A stretch of 64,000 nucleotides of DNA, taken from sequence record NC_101835.1. The stretch is one strand, 5' to 3'. Of the stretch, positions 8,991 to 18,469 are shown piece by piece. The notes under the pieces were generated by a model. It was not told the origin of the DNA, searched no databases, and saw nothing but the letters and a program-made list of their open reading frames with translations. A program made the position numbers and the translations under genes. The first letter of the stretch is position 1. The number at the start of each line of letters is the position of its first letter. The DNA comes from a phage.

Positions 8991-9077
8991 TGGTGGGGAG
9001 TGGTGGAGTCGAACCACCCGAGTCGCAATGACAATAGATTTACAGTCTACACCGCTACCTCTACGGGATAACTCCCC
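8991..9077 (-). tRNA. tRNA-Tyr (anticodon GTA), type II
   Basis: 87 nt, acceptor GGGGAGT/ACTCCCC, anticodon loop CTGTAAA, long variable arm, T-arm GTGG-TTCGACT-CCAC, encoded CCA. Confidence 0.75.
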
Positions 9078-9081
9078 AATT

Positions 9082-9156
9082 TGGCACCCCGTACTGGACT
9101 CGAACCAGTGTCAACGGCTTAGAAGGCCGCTGCTTTATCCACTAAGCTAACAGGGC
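9082..9156 (-). tRNA. tRNA-Arg (anticodon TCT)
   Basis: 75 nt, acceptor GCCCTGT/ACGGGGT (two G-U), D-arm GCTT-AGTGGATA-AAGC, anticodon loop CTTCTAA, T-arm ACTGG-TTCGAGT-CCAGT, encoded CCA. Confidence 0.75.
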
Positions 9157-9214
9157 ACTGGGTGGCTTTCTTTTACACCTTAGCCGCCAGAAAAGGTGGG
9201 AGACCATGTTTACA

Positions 9215-9243
9215 ATATTACACTGTTAAGCAAAGTTTGTCAA
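9215..9243 (-). promoter_or_regulatory. sigma70-like promoter upstream of tRNA cluster
   Basis: Minus strand TTGACA-N17-TAATAT. Confidence 0.4.
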
Positions 9244-9252
9244 GAAAATATT

Positions 9253-9591
9253 TTAGCTATTGCTAACAGGCTGTATTTCTGTAGTAAATGGCATAAAAGG
9301 TGCTGGTTTTTCAGCCTCTTCCACTACCACCTCTTCCTCTTCACCAAACATCTCATCATATTCTTCCTGCATTCGGTCTGCCTTATCAAGAACATACTCT
9401 GCAATGCTTTGACGAATATTTTGTTTGGTTTTCGGGTCCAACATCAGCTCTCTTAAAACTTTGTGAGCTTCTGGAACCATCGCTATAAAAGATTCCTTCA
9501 TATCAAGGATGTTCTTCTCTAGCTGAATGGCGTTGGACTCCTCTTTCAGAGGTCTGCCTCTACGGCGACGCTTTTTAGTTGTATCCGCCAT
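9253..9591 (-). CDS. hypothetical protein, basic N-terminus and acidic C-terminus
   Basis: ATG at 9591 preceded by GGAGG RBS; KKRRRRGRPLK AT-hook-like stretch; ORF-track upstream extension judged non-coding. Confidence 0.4.
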   Translation of the reverse strand: MADTTKKRRRRGRPLKEESNAIQLEKNILDMKESFIAMVPEAHKVLRELMLDPKTKQNIRQSIAEYVLDKADRMQEEYDEMFGEEEEVVVEEAEKPAPFMPFTTEIQPVSNS

Positions 9592-9935
9592 GTTTCCTCC
9601 ATTATCACGTGATAGGTGGATTTTATCATAGCAAATACTGATTGTCAAGTTCGCCGCAGGGTGGTATTCCCTGCGACTTGTCCAGCGTCCTGGACCAGCA
9701 AGACCCAACAAGTGGGTTACCAGAGCCCATTACCGCACTTTGGCTCGACCTTATTACAGGTTGGCCGGGGTCACATCGTCATGTGCTGGCTGCCCCTACC
9801 ATTTTAAGTGTGGTGCACTATCAAGCCCTCTAAGGGGAACTCAGCCTTCTCCGAACCCTGTTTCAAAGCATCCGGAGATAAAGCCATCAAATTCATCTTT
9901 AAATTGGATATTCATCATGATACACGAAAACAACC

Positions 9936-10178
9936 TCATTGTAAAGCACAAATAAATAAAACATACTTAATTTGTTTGTTATCAGGCTCAGGGTAGAAGT
10001 AGAAGATCTTGCTATCACCGATCTGAACACCACCATCCCAACAGCATAGCCCATAACCCGTATTCATACAAGCTAAGTCGTTGGCAAAATCTATTGCATC
10101 ATCTAGTGCACGAAATTCACCTTCATCTTCTAAATAATCCTCATTCATGGAACGAAAAACGAGCTTAACCTTAAACAT
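9936..10178 (-). CDS. hypothetical protein (80 aa)
   Basis: ORF on the local gene strand. Confidence 0.3.
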   Translation of the reverse strand: MFKVKLVFRSMNEDYLEDEGEFRALDDAIDFANDLACMNTGYGLCCWDGGVQIGDSKIFYFYPEPDNKQIKYVLFICALQ

Positions 10179-10254
10179 AGCATTACCTGTAGACCTCGTA
10201 AGTTAAAATTGCATCACATCATATTGCAGATCTTATCAGGTAACACTATTTTTG

Positions 10255-10464
10255 TCAACAGATTCCGGCCTTATCCTTCCTGTCTGCGTATTCTTTAATC
10301 GCAACCTCATCTGCATTAGTGACAAGGTCTTCAAAGTAACTCTCAAGCTCCTCGTCAATGTCAGGAGACCAGCTCTTTTTCCTGTCAGTGTGAATTGCAG
10401 ACTTGTTGAACTTATTACAGTTCTTTGCTACCGGGTTGTTCATTAAGCGCTCCTCAGCGTTCAT
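10255..10464 (-). CDS. hypothetical protein (69 aa)
   Basis: ORF on the local gene strand, overlaps stop of upstream gene. Confidence 0.3.
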   Translation of the reverse strand: MNAEERLMNNPVAKNCNKFNKSAIHTDRKKSWSPDIDEELESYFEDLVTNADEVAIKEYADRKDKAGIC

Positions 10465-11032
10465 AGTAAATCTTATTTAACATTACCTCATCCTTTGCAG
10501 AAAGGATATCAAGATATGCATCACCAAATCTTCCTGCAACAACCTCTGCATGATACATCACTTCGTTAACATCGTCAAGAGTGATAACCGGATGACCATA
10601 TCTTTCTGAATATTGTCTCAGGGTGCGATGTAACGAGTCGTCATCATATGCAGACTTTTTAATATCACAAACACGACGAATAGCCTTGATGTCGAAAAAA
10701 CCTGTGCGATACCACCCAAGAAAAAGGTTTCGTGCAGTGTCAACATCTACATTGATACCATCAAGAACCTTATCTACAAGATAGCTGTCATCCTTTGGAC
10801 CAGCGTCCTTAGTGCGAATGTAGTTGCCATCTTTTCCAGGCGACATCTCCTTCTCATCCCCAACCTGCATGCCATCATTTGGCGGTGTTAGCCACTTATC
10901 CGGATGCTTACGATCACGAGCGTTAGAATGATTACGCTGGAAACCGGGCTTCCACTTGAAAGTTTTCTCCATCTGTTCTTCATTCTGATAACGTTTTGCA
11001 ATCTTTTCACGGTCATCTTTGCGTGAACCCAT
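10454..11032 (-). CDS. hypothetical protein (192 aa)
   Basis: ATG preceded by GAGGAGG RBS. Confidence 0.45.
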   Translation of the reverse strand: MGSRKDDREKIAKRYQNEEQMEKTFKWKPGFQRNHSNARDRKHPDKWLTPPNDGMQVGDEKEMSPGKDGNYIRTKDAGPKDDSYLVDKVLDGINVDVDTARNLFLGWYRTGFFDIKAIRRVCDIKKSAYDDDSLHRTLRQYSERYGHPVITLDDVNEVMYHAEVVAGRFGDAYLDILSAKDEVMLNKIYYER

Positions 11033-11537
11033 AGCTGCCTCCTCTTCAAGTTATAGAAAAACTCACTGTATCGCTTTGTAACGAGCTTTTCTATCAAACT
11101 GGTGCGATTGCATTACCTGGTATAGTTTATATAGCTGTGGAGCGATTTAGGGGCCTTCTTGTCAGTTTCCACACATAAACTTCATCCAAGCTCGCGCGGG
11201 AGACTCTCAACCGACTCCTTACGGCGCTGGCAAGCTTTCGTCGGTGGTCCACATCAGTGCTCGGCCTTTGGCCTGCGCTATCGCTTCGCTCCCACACATG
11301 TTAACAGACCTGTATGTATGAACTTCTGTTATTGTGTGCACCAAAGAGGCCCGGCATCTCGCCCCTCGTAGGCGAGTGCCAATGAAGGGCCGACACTGCC
11401 CATAGTAAGTAATAAATTTAAAACATGGTACTTAGGATCTAGTATATTCTACATAAGTTAAGTATATGTACTTAGTACCATAAGTACTAGATCTTTTATT
11501 TTTTATTATTTAGTTATTTTAGTTATATTCTTTATGT

Positions 11538-11575
11538 GTCCGCGTGACGGACAGTAGTGTCCGTATCACGGACAG
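11538..11575. promoter_or_regulatory. tandem palindromic sites GTCCG-N5-CGGAC (x2, 21-bp register), candidate operator or alternative hairpins
   Basis: gtccgcgtgacggacag and gtccgtatcacggacag in intergenic DNA. Confidence 0.35.
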
Positions 11576-11649
11576 TTACTAACCTCTGTTCCAGAGCGAA
11601 CATAAAACATACGAATCCTTATAGTACAGATATTTAAGTTTTTACTGGT

Positions 11650-12000
11650 CTAACCAGTTGTTGACATTCGAATAACTTCTTCTGGTGGCAAAACTTTGGA
11701 AAATGTGCATCTTTTACCTCTCCCTTGTGTGGATATTTCAACCACTCCCGCACATTCTAAAGTTTTAACGCACGCTGCTGCTTTTGTTTTCTTTATTCCA
11801 ACATCTGCTGCAATTTTCCTTGTGCTGGGTGTGAAGCGTGAACTTCCTCCAAGCTTATACCAGTTGTGCAGGTAGCAGTATACGATCTTGTCATACAAGT
11901 CAAGAACAACAACCTCCCCAGTTGTGTCATTCAAAACTTTTGACATAGATAGTATTTCAAGGGGGACTTTAAGATATAGCAGCTTATCCCCATCTTTCAT
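11650..12000 (-). CDS. hypothetical protein, possible DNA-binding (116 aa)
   Basis: AGGAG RBS; basic C-terminal half. Confidence 0.4.
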   Translation of the reverse strand: MKDGDKLLYLKVPLEILSMSKVLNDTTGEVVVLDLYDKIVYCYLHNWYKLGGSSRFTPSTRKIAADVGIKKTKAAACVKTLECAGVVEISTQGRGKRCTFSKVLPPEEVIRMSTTG

Positions 12001-12047
12001 ATCTCCTGATTCTCCTTGTGTGGCAATTTTCTTTAAAATAGCAGGGA

Positions 12048-12602
12048 TTACTCCCCGCTGTCAATAGCAAAACTCATTGCAATACGGTATGCCTCTTCTA
12101 ATGGTAAGAGTCTCCCCCACACATCCCAACCGACATCAAACTGTCTGCCAAACAACTGTTGTGTGGTTCCGTGAGCATGACCGAACAGTTGGACTGATCC
12201 GTGAGGCTTTCTGTTCCACTTTGCAAACTGGTAATGGCTCATACAGATCAAATTCTTGTTGTGGCGAAGCTCGTAATAATCTACAACCTCATGACCGAAC
12301 TCTTTCATAATTCTGACAGTCGTCCTTGTGTCATGGTTGCCACGAACAAGAATAATATGTCCGTTCAACATATTTAGAACATCTGGGAGCAATTTGTTGA
12401 TATTCTTATCATTAGTGCACGCAATATCTCCCAAGTGAAACACAGTGTCTGCAGGTGACACAACAGAGTTCCACTTGGTGATGATTCCCGCATTCATACT
12501 GTCAAGATTGTGATCATACTGAGATCTGTGTTTTTGACATGAATCGAACTCCATGACCCGCTGGTGGAGAAAGTGTGTGTCGCTTGTTACAAAGTATTTC
12601 AT
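12048..12602 (-). CDS. calcineurin-like metallophosphoesterase (candidate RNA 3'-end healing phosphatase)
   Basis: Motifs VTSDTHF, GDI, GNHD; start taken at internal MKYFV; directly downstream of P-loop kinase. Confidence 0.6.
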   Translation of the reverse strand: MKYFVTSDTHFLHQRVMEFDSCQKHRSQYDHNLDSMNAGIITKWNSVVSPADTVFHLGDIACTNDKNINKLLPDVLNMLNGHIILVRGNHDTRTTVRIMKEFGHEVVDYYELRHNKNLICMSHYQFAKWNRKPHGSVQLFGHAHGTTQQLFGRQFDVGWDVWGRLLPLEEAYRIAMSFAIDSGE

Positions 12603-12609
12603 ACATTCC

Positions 12610-13020
12610 TCATTTAAGTTTAATGCAGTTTTTAAGCTGGCGTTCCATACGATCCACAACCCTGTCTGGAACATCATGAATGCTTTTATTACCATGGCGG
12701 TTTTCAACCACGATCACGGTATAACTATACCCATGACTGATCGCCATGTCAATATATTCTTGCACATATTTTTCTTTTGTAAACGTATTACTTACCACGA
12801 TACGGTCGTATCCCATACGCATCATATCTTCTACGTTATCTTTGCACCATTTTGCTGCAAGTGTTACTTTACTTGCATCCCAGTTATAATTTCCATCATC
12901 GTCGTACCAGAACATGTCGTTCTCAAAATGTGGATACAGACCTTCTAAAGATAGCGCATTTGCCAGTGTTGATTTGCCAGACCCTGGTAGACCACGCACG
13001 ATATATAGCATTTTAGACAT
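12610..13020 (-). CDS. polynucleotide kinase-like P-loop kinase
   Basis: ATG at 13020 with GGAGG RBS; Walker A GLPGSGKST as in T4 Pnk kinase domain. Confidence 0.6.
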   Translation of the reverse strand: MSKMLYIVRGLPGSGKSTLANALSLEGLYPHFENDMFWYDDDGNYNWDASKVTLAAKWCKDNVEDMMRMGYDRIVVSNTFTKEKYVQEYIDMAISHGYSYTVIVVENRHGNKSIHDVPDRVVDRMERQLKNCIKLK

Positions 13021-13120
13021 AGTAATCCTCCGTTTTAATTTCAACGATAGTATACCCAACTGTTTTGTTAATTTCAAGTGTTGACACCAGGTTATTTGTG
13101 TGGCAGGATAGACTGACAAA

Positions 13121-14056
13121 ATGACAAATGAGGAACGCATGATGAAGTATTTTAATGCAGACGACCTAGTTGACAAAGGTCTTGTAACCAGCAGATATTA
13201 CCCAGATCTTGGATTAAAGATCTATAAATATGCCAGAAAAGTATTTTACAACAATTTATGGCATTTGTCTCCTCGTTTGCTGGAGTGCCGAGGCATTGTT
13301 GTAGGTAATGAAGGGAATGTTGTGGCATGGCCCTTCACAAAAGTGTTTAACTTGGGAGAAAACTCCACCAACCTGCCTGACAATAAGCTTGTGACGGCGG
13401 TAGAGAAAAAGAACGGATTCCTTGGTGTGGTATCATCTCATAAAGGTGACCTATTGTTCTCAACAACCGGGTCTCTTGATTCTCCATATTGTAACCTTGC
13501 AAAGGAAACCATCCAAGAGCAATGTGGTAATTTAGATCTTATCAAGAAGGTTATGGGCAATGAAAACATGACATTCATGTTTGAAATTTGTCACCCTTCA
13601 GATCCGCATATTGTTCAAGAAGACCATGGCGCATATTTGATAGGTTGCAGATATAATGATTCTGGAATAATGCTACCAGAAGCAGCTTTAGATGGGATTG
13701 CCAAATACCTTGGTGCAAAACGTCCTCACACTGTGCGTGAAATCCCGTTCAGCTATGCAAAAGAATTAGCTGCAGAAACAAGGGGCGAAGGGTATATGAT
13801 CCGTAAGCCTTACTACCCTTATGACCTGCAGCTGAAGATCAAGTCTCCATACTATTTGGCACGGAAGGCCGTAATGAGAGGTAAAGCATGGAAGATTTGG
13901 GATGACGATATTTTTAAACGTGTTGACGAGGAGTTTTACGGTATGGTAAAATTTATTCGTAGCAACTATACAGAAGATGTGTGGAATTGCTTATTAGAGC
14001 AGGAGCGTCGCGAGATACTGGACTGCTATTTCCACAACGAGGACTATATGCAATGA
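13121..14056 (+). CDS. rnlA: RNA ligase 1 (T4 RnlA-like)
   Basis: Recalled similarity to T4 Rnl1: LLECRGIVV, KVFNLGEN, nucleotidyltransferase motif I KKNG. Confidence 0.7.
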   Translation: MTNEERMMKYFNADDLVDKGLVTSRYYPDLGLKIYKYARKVFYNNLWHLSPRLLECRGIVVGNEGNVVAWPFTKVFNLGENSTNLPDNKLVTAVEKKNGFLGVVSSHKGDLLFSTTGSLDSPYCNLAKETIQEQCGNLDLIKKVMGNENMTFMFEICHPSDPHIVQEDHGAYLIGCRYNDSGIMLPEAALDGIAKYLGAKRPHTVREIPFSYAKELAAETRGEGYMIRKPYYPYDLQLKIKSPYYLARKAVMRGKAWKIWDDDIFKRVDEEFYGMVKFIRSNYTEDVWNCLLEQERREILDCYFHNEDYMQ

Positions 14057-14403
14057 AGAAGTGGATTGTGTGGCTTGATGATTTTAGAGATCCGTCAGAT
14101 TATGGACTCCCAGACGCTCTGTGGCTAAAGAATTCTTCTGAATTTATGGATTTTCTTAATGATAAGAGAAAGCTCTACAGACGCGTATCTGAATGGTATT
14201 TTGACAATGATCTAGGTGAAGTTCTTGAAGGGTACGACTGCTTCTCTGCGCTAGAGGAGAAACTTGTATTCGGAAAGCCACCACTTATTGACAACGTGAT
14301 TATTTTCGTGCATACTTCTAATCCATCGGCAGCTCGTAAATTTATGCTTGCTGCTGACTCATTCAAGAAGTTTGGAATAGAGATCAAACAAAACATCTAC
14401 TAA
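14053..14403 (+). CDS. hypothetical protein (116 aa), Rossmann/receiver-like N-terminus
   Basis: ATG overlaps rnlA stop (ATGA); starts MKKWIVWLDDFRDP. Confidence 0.4.
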   Translation: MKKWIVWLDDFRDPSDYGLPDALWLKNSSEFMDFLNDKRKLYRRVSEWYFDNDLGEVLEGYDCFSALEEKLVFGKPPLIDNVIIFVHTSNPSAARKFMLAADSFKKFGIEIKQNIY

Positions 14404-14411
14404 GGACATTT

Positions 14412-15173
14412 ATGCGACGACTTATTGTTATTTCTGGTGCTGGTTTGAGCGCAGAATCTGGTATTCCCACCTTCCGATCTGGTAGCACTGCAATGTGGGA
14501 GAATTTCAGCATCGATGAGGTGTGCAACATCCACACCTTTGCCAAGAACTACTATAAGGTGCATGACTTTTACAATGCACGTCGTGTAGCTCTGGGCAGT
14601 GTTGATCCTAACCTTGCACATCTTCGGATCGCTGAGTGGTATTCCCGCTGGTCTGGTCGTGTGATCAACCTTACTACCAATGTAGATGATTTGCTGGAGC
14701 GTGCTGGTGTAAAACATGAAGATATTTTACATGTCCACGGGTATTTGCCTGAAATCACCTACGAAGATGCTGAAGGTAATGATGTAATTAAAAATATCGG
14801 ATACACGGAGGTAGATACAGGCAAGTATACCTGGGTTAAGCCCAATGTAGTGTTCTTCGGTGAGGTTGCTCCTAAGTATACAGACATGTATGACCTGTTG
14901 ACATCTCTTACCAGCAATGATATGGTGATCCTGGTAGGTTGTTCTAACACAGTTATTAATTTTAACTGGGAATTGTTTCCTGCTACTTGTAAAGGCACAA
15001 AACTGCTGATTGTAAACAAGTATGATTCGCAGAGTGCAGATGGAAGTGGCATTTCACGTAGCGACCTTTATCAATATGAGGATCGCGGGATCCCTGTATG
15101 GTTTAACGGTGCTGTTGACGCTTTCTCTGATAAAGCATTTATTGAAACTGTAGAAAACTTTATGGAACTGTAA
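14412..15173 (+). CDS. Sir2-family NAD-dependent deacylase/ADP-ribosyltransferase
   Basis: GAGLSAESGIPTFR NAD-binding motif and HG catalytic motif; no zinc-ribbon cysteines. Confidence 0.7.
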   Translation: MRRLIVISGAGLSAESGIPTFRSGSTAMWENFSIDEVCNIHTFAKNYYKVHDFYNARRVALGSVDPNLAHLRIAEWYSRWSGRVINLTTNVDDLLERAGVKHEDILHVHGYLPEITYEDAEGNDVIKNIGYTEVDTGKYTWVKPNVVFFGEVAPKYTDMYDLLTSLTSNDMVILVGCSNTVINFNWELFPATCKGTKLLIVNKYDSQSADGSGISRSDLYQYEDRGIPVWFNGAVDAFSDKAFIETVENFMEL

Positions 15174-15187
15174 GAGGTGACCTTTTA

Positions 15188-15901
15188 ATGCTAAATACTA
15201 AACTGATCGACAACCTGGAAAAACTGTCTCAGCCTGAAAACTACCTTTGGTCTGCCAACTGGGTGGAAAACTGGAACCGTGTGGCAGCTAAAGTGAAAAA
15301 ATCATACACACCATTCGAATTACAGCTTAGCTTCATTGAGGAAGAGTTCAATGAGGTTTTGGAAGAGCTGGAGAAAGGTGATGGTGGAGATCACCTGCTA
15401 AAAGAGGCCTGCGATCTTCACGTTGTCACAAGTTATGCAGCTTATCTCGTTAATGACAATCACGAAAAGTGGTCAAACCTGTTTGATAATCCACGAGGTC
15501 TTAAGTTCAAGATCGGTGAGTTCTATGATACACTGATCGCTGCGAAAAACACATCCAAGCAAAGAGCGTCAGCTTACCGCTTAGCGGAGTTGTCAACAGC
15601 TTTGCTGTTCCAGCTTCGCGGCGATGTGTGCGGGATGATGCGTAAGGTTCTCAAATCTAATGACAGCAAGTTTGCACGGGTAAACCATCTACGGTATTCA
15701 CACGGTGCCAGTGCAGATATGCCTGCTGAACAACTCATAGAGTTGGAGATTAAAGATCTTGAGCGACGCTTTGATGGTCGCTACGAAGGTTTTGTTGCTA
15801 AGGAAGAGTTCTACAACGGTAATAAAGTTATCATATTCCTTGACAGTAAAGGTAAGATCATGAAGCCTTCGAGCTTCAAGGATGTAACAGAGTATATTTG
15901 A
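15188..15901 (+). CDS. MazG-like nucleotide pyrophosphohydrolase domain protein (tentative)
   Basis: EExxE...ExxD pattern (FIEEEFNEVLEELEKGD...KEACD). Confidence 0.35.
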   Translation: MLNTKLIDNLEKLSQPENYLWSANWVENWNRVAAKVKKSYTPFELQLSFIEEEFNEVLEELEKGDGGDHLLKEACDLHVVTSYAAYLVNDNHEKWSNLFDNPRGLKFKIGEFYDTLIAAKNTSKQRASAYRLAELSTALLFQLRGDVCGMMRKVLKSNDSKFARVNHLRYSHGASADMPAEQLIELEIKDLERRFDGRYEGFVAKEEFYNGNKVIIFLDSKGKIMKPSSFKDVTEYI

Positions 15902-15963
15902 CAACATAGCCGGGTAATCCCGGCTTTACTTATTATGGAAAGTATGCAGCGAGGTAGTTAGTT

Positions 15964-16272
15964 ATGTACAAGCATTCCAGAAATCTTGAAAAAGATGCTG
16001 TGTTTGGCGACCAGATGAAGGAGCTGATCAAACTTATAGGTAGAATGGAAGATAAGTTTGACACTAAAATCTACATCGATAGCAAGATCTTCAACCACAA
16101 AATATGGACAAATGTGTGTGTTGGGCTACATGGTGATAAAGATATTGTAAATTTGGTTGTAATAAAGTTCATAGTGTGGCAGAATAAGACTATACGTTAT
16201 TCCGATCCACACTTACTTGTTTATCCTATAAAAGACCTACTACAGAAGGAGGACTGCAATGCCGTTATTTAA
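15964..16272 (+). CDS. hypothetical protein (102 aa)
   Basis: ORF in co-directional gene block. Confidence 0.35.
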   Translation: MYKHSRNLEKDAVFGDQMKELIKLIGRMEDKFDTKIYIDSKIFNHKIWTNVCVGLHGDKDIVNLVVIKFIVWQNKTIRYSDPHLLVYPIKDLLQKEDCNAVI

Positions 16273-16528
16273 TCTTGCTAAACCTGTAGAAGCCCACCAG
16301 TTTGACGGAAGCTCTTCATCAGTATCTGATCTGCAACGGTGGATTGATACAGGTGTGTTTACATCGTCACCTGTTCGGACCAGAGATCTTCGTCGCATGT
16401 GTGAGCTTGTCGAGCCTTTTGGTAACCTTGTCCTGTACCAGGGAGATTGGCTAGTTGACTTTATGGGAGACTGGTTGGTAATGAGTAAAGAAGAGATGTT
16501 TAAAATTTTTAAGGAAGAGGCCGAGTAA
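16259..16528 (+). CDS. hypothetical protein (89 aa)
   Basis: ORF in co-directional gene block. Confidence 0.35.
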   Translation: MPLFNLAKPVEAHQFDGSSSSVSDLQRWIDTGVFTSSPVRTRDLRRMCELVEPFGNLVLYQGDWLVDFMGDWLVMSKEEMFKIFKEEAE

Positions 16529-17811
16529 TGCATCAAATCAAAACAACACTGTACGCACTGAACAAAGATGGCAGCTACCAACAGTGGAAAGTATTCACTG
16601 ATGGCGAAAAGGTTATCGTAGAGTTTGGCAAGCTTGACGGTAAATTGCAGTACAAAGAGACGGTATGCACACCTAAGAACGTAGGTCGTGCCAATGAGAC
16701 TACAGCTGAGCAACAGGCCGAGCTTGAGGCTATTAGCAAGTGGGAAAAACAAGTCCGTCTGGGGTATGTTGAAAACATGGAAGATTGCGAGCAGGGTGTT
16801 GATCTTTTACCCATGCTGGTGCATGACTACCTGAAGCGTGGCAAGGCACTTAAACTACCTTGCTGGATCTTGCGTAAGTTAGATGGCCTTCGTCTGCTTG
16901 TTGTTTTCCAAAATGGTGAGCCTAAATTTATTTCCCGTGGTAATAAGTCCTACCCTATTCAAGGAAAGCTTTTAGAGCAACTTCGTTCTTTCCATTCTAC
17001 CACTGGGATTAAACAACTTGATGGGGAACTATACATTCATGGTCTTCCTTTGCAGAAAATAGTGTCTCTTGCTAAACGGTGGCGCACACAGGAAGAGATT
17101 CAGGCCGAGATCGATAAAGACTATGAGGCAGATAAAAAACGCCGTCATGCAGCAATTAAGGCAGGCTTATCAACATACAAAAACTTCAACAAGGTAGATA
17201 TTCCTGTCGATGTTGAGCCTGTTCGTGATGATTTGCGTTACGGTGGGTACTGTAGCTACGATCTGGAGTATCACATTTTTGATATTCCTAGCGACAAGGT
17301 GTGGTGGGATCCAGAAACAGAGTCTGGACGCTGCAAGGATCTTATGGATGCAGAGGATACCGTTACCACTCTGATGCTTGACCATATCAAGGTTGTTGAC
17401 GCAGAGCTTGCGTACACAGTTGATCATTGCGAAGAATCTGTTGGTATATTCATGTCCGAAGGATATGAAGGTACTATCATGCGTAATTTCTGCGGTAAAT
17501 ACGAGTACGGTCAGCGAACATCTGAAGCATTGAAATGGAAAAAGTTCAACGACGCAGAGGTGAAAGTTATTGACGTTGAGAAAGATAAGAATGATGAAGG
17601 TGTTCTTATCTGTGTTGACAAGGAAGGTGTTATTGTTAAAATGAAGATGAAAGGCACGCACGAGGAGCGTAGCTATGACAGGATGCAGGAAATGATCGGC
17701 AAGTTTGTCACCTTCAAATATCAATCAAGGACAGAAGACAACAACTACCAATTCCCTGTCGGTATCTGCGTCCGAAATGTTGACCCAGACACTTGGGAGG
17801 TTCTGGAATGA
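16528..17811 (+). CDS. ATP-dependent DNA ligase
   Basis: Adenylation motif I LRKLDGLR (KxDGxR); ~427 aa. Confidence 0.7.
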   Translation: MHQIKTTLYALNKDGSYQQWKVFTDGEKVIVEFGKLDGKLQYKETVCTPKNVGRANETTAEQQAELEAISKWEKQVRLGYVENMEDCEQGVDLLPMLVHDYLKRGKALKLPCWILRKLDGLRLLVVFQNGEPKFISRGNKSYPIQGKLLEQLRSFHSTTGIKQLDGELYIHGLPLQKIVSLAKRWRTQEEIQAEIDKDYEADKKRRHAAIKAGLSTYKNFNKVDIPVDVEPVRDDLRYGGYCSYDLEYHIFDIPSDKVWWDPETESGRCKDLMDAEDTVTTLMLDHIKVVDAELAYTVDHCEESVGIFMSEGYEGTIMRNFCGKYEYGQRTSEALKWKKFNDAEVKVIDVEKDKNDEGVLICVDKEGVIVKMKMKGTHEERSYDRMQEMIGKFVTFKYQSRTEDNNYQFPVGICVRNVDPDTWEVLE

Positions 17812-17935
17812 TGTAGGAAGGTTTAGTAGGTAACGGTAGCCAATCGAATGATGGTTTTTCAATTGGCACCTACATAACCACACTGTGTAGTGTTGTTGAT
17901 CTGGTTAGTTATGAGTAAACTGGAGAGTATGAAAA

Positions 17936-18406
17936 ATGAAACTTGATAAAAATGTTCAACGAAAAGCTTTCTTGGATATGATCGCATATTCAGAAGGCAC
18001 AGATAATGGTAGACAACCCACCAAGGATCGGGGCTATGATGTCATAGTTGGTGGCAAGCTGTTTAGCGATTACAGCAAGCATCCAGGTGTGTACGTTAAG
18101 CTAAATGCTAAACTTACCTCCTCCGCTGCTGGGCGTTACCAGGTTTTGGAGAAGTTTGCTAAACACTACATGGAACAGTTAGGATTGCCAGATTTTGGCC
18201 CTGCCAGTCAGGACAAGATTGCGTTGCAACTGATCCGTGAGTGCAAGGCTCTCGCCGACATTGACGAAGGGCGTATCCACGAGGCTATCCATAAATGCCG
18301 TTCCCGCTGGGCTTCGTTACCTGGTGCTGGATATGGTCAGCATGAACAGAAGATTGAGAAGTTGATCGAGGTGTTTAAAAAGGCAGGCGGTGTTGTCCTT
18401 GATTGA
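17936..18406 (+). CDS. endolysin, lambda R-like lytic transglycosylase
   Basis: Near-collinear with lambda R as recalled: QRKAFLDMIAYSEGTDNGRQ, GYDVIVGG, WASLPGAGYGQ. Confidence 0.8.
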   Translation: MKLDKNVQRKAFLDMIAYSEGTDNGRQPTKDRGYDVIVGGKLFSDYSKHPGVYVKLNAKLTSSAAGRYQVLEKFAKHYMEQLGLPDFGPASQDKIALQLIRECKALADIDEGRIHEAIHKCRSRWASLPGAGYGQHEQKIEKLIEVFKKAGGVVLD

Positions 18407-18469
18407 TCATTGACATAACCACACGGACGTGGTATTGTTGCCTCATAAAATGTTTAGGAGGGTTTAACC

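Noticed and set aside
9616-9996. Overlapping plus-strand ORFs 9616..9807, 9642..9833, 9740..9955, 9808..9996
   Set aside because: Mutually overlapping frames in a GC-rich non-coding segment, opposite to the local gene orientation and without RBS
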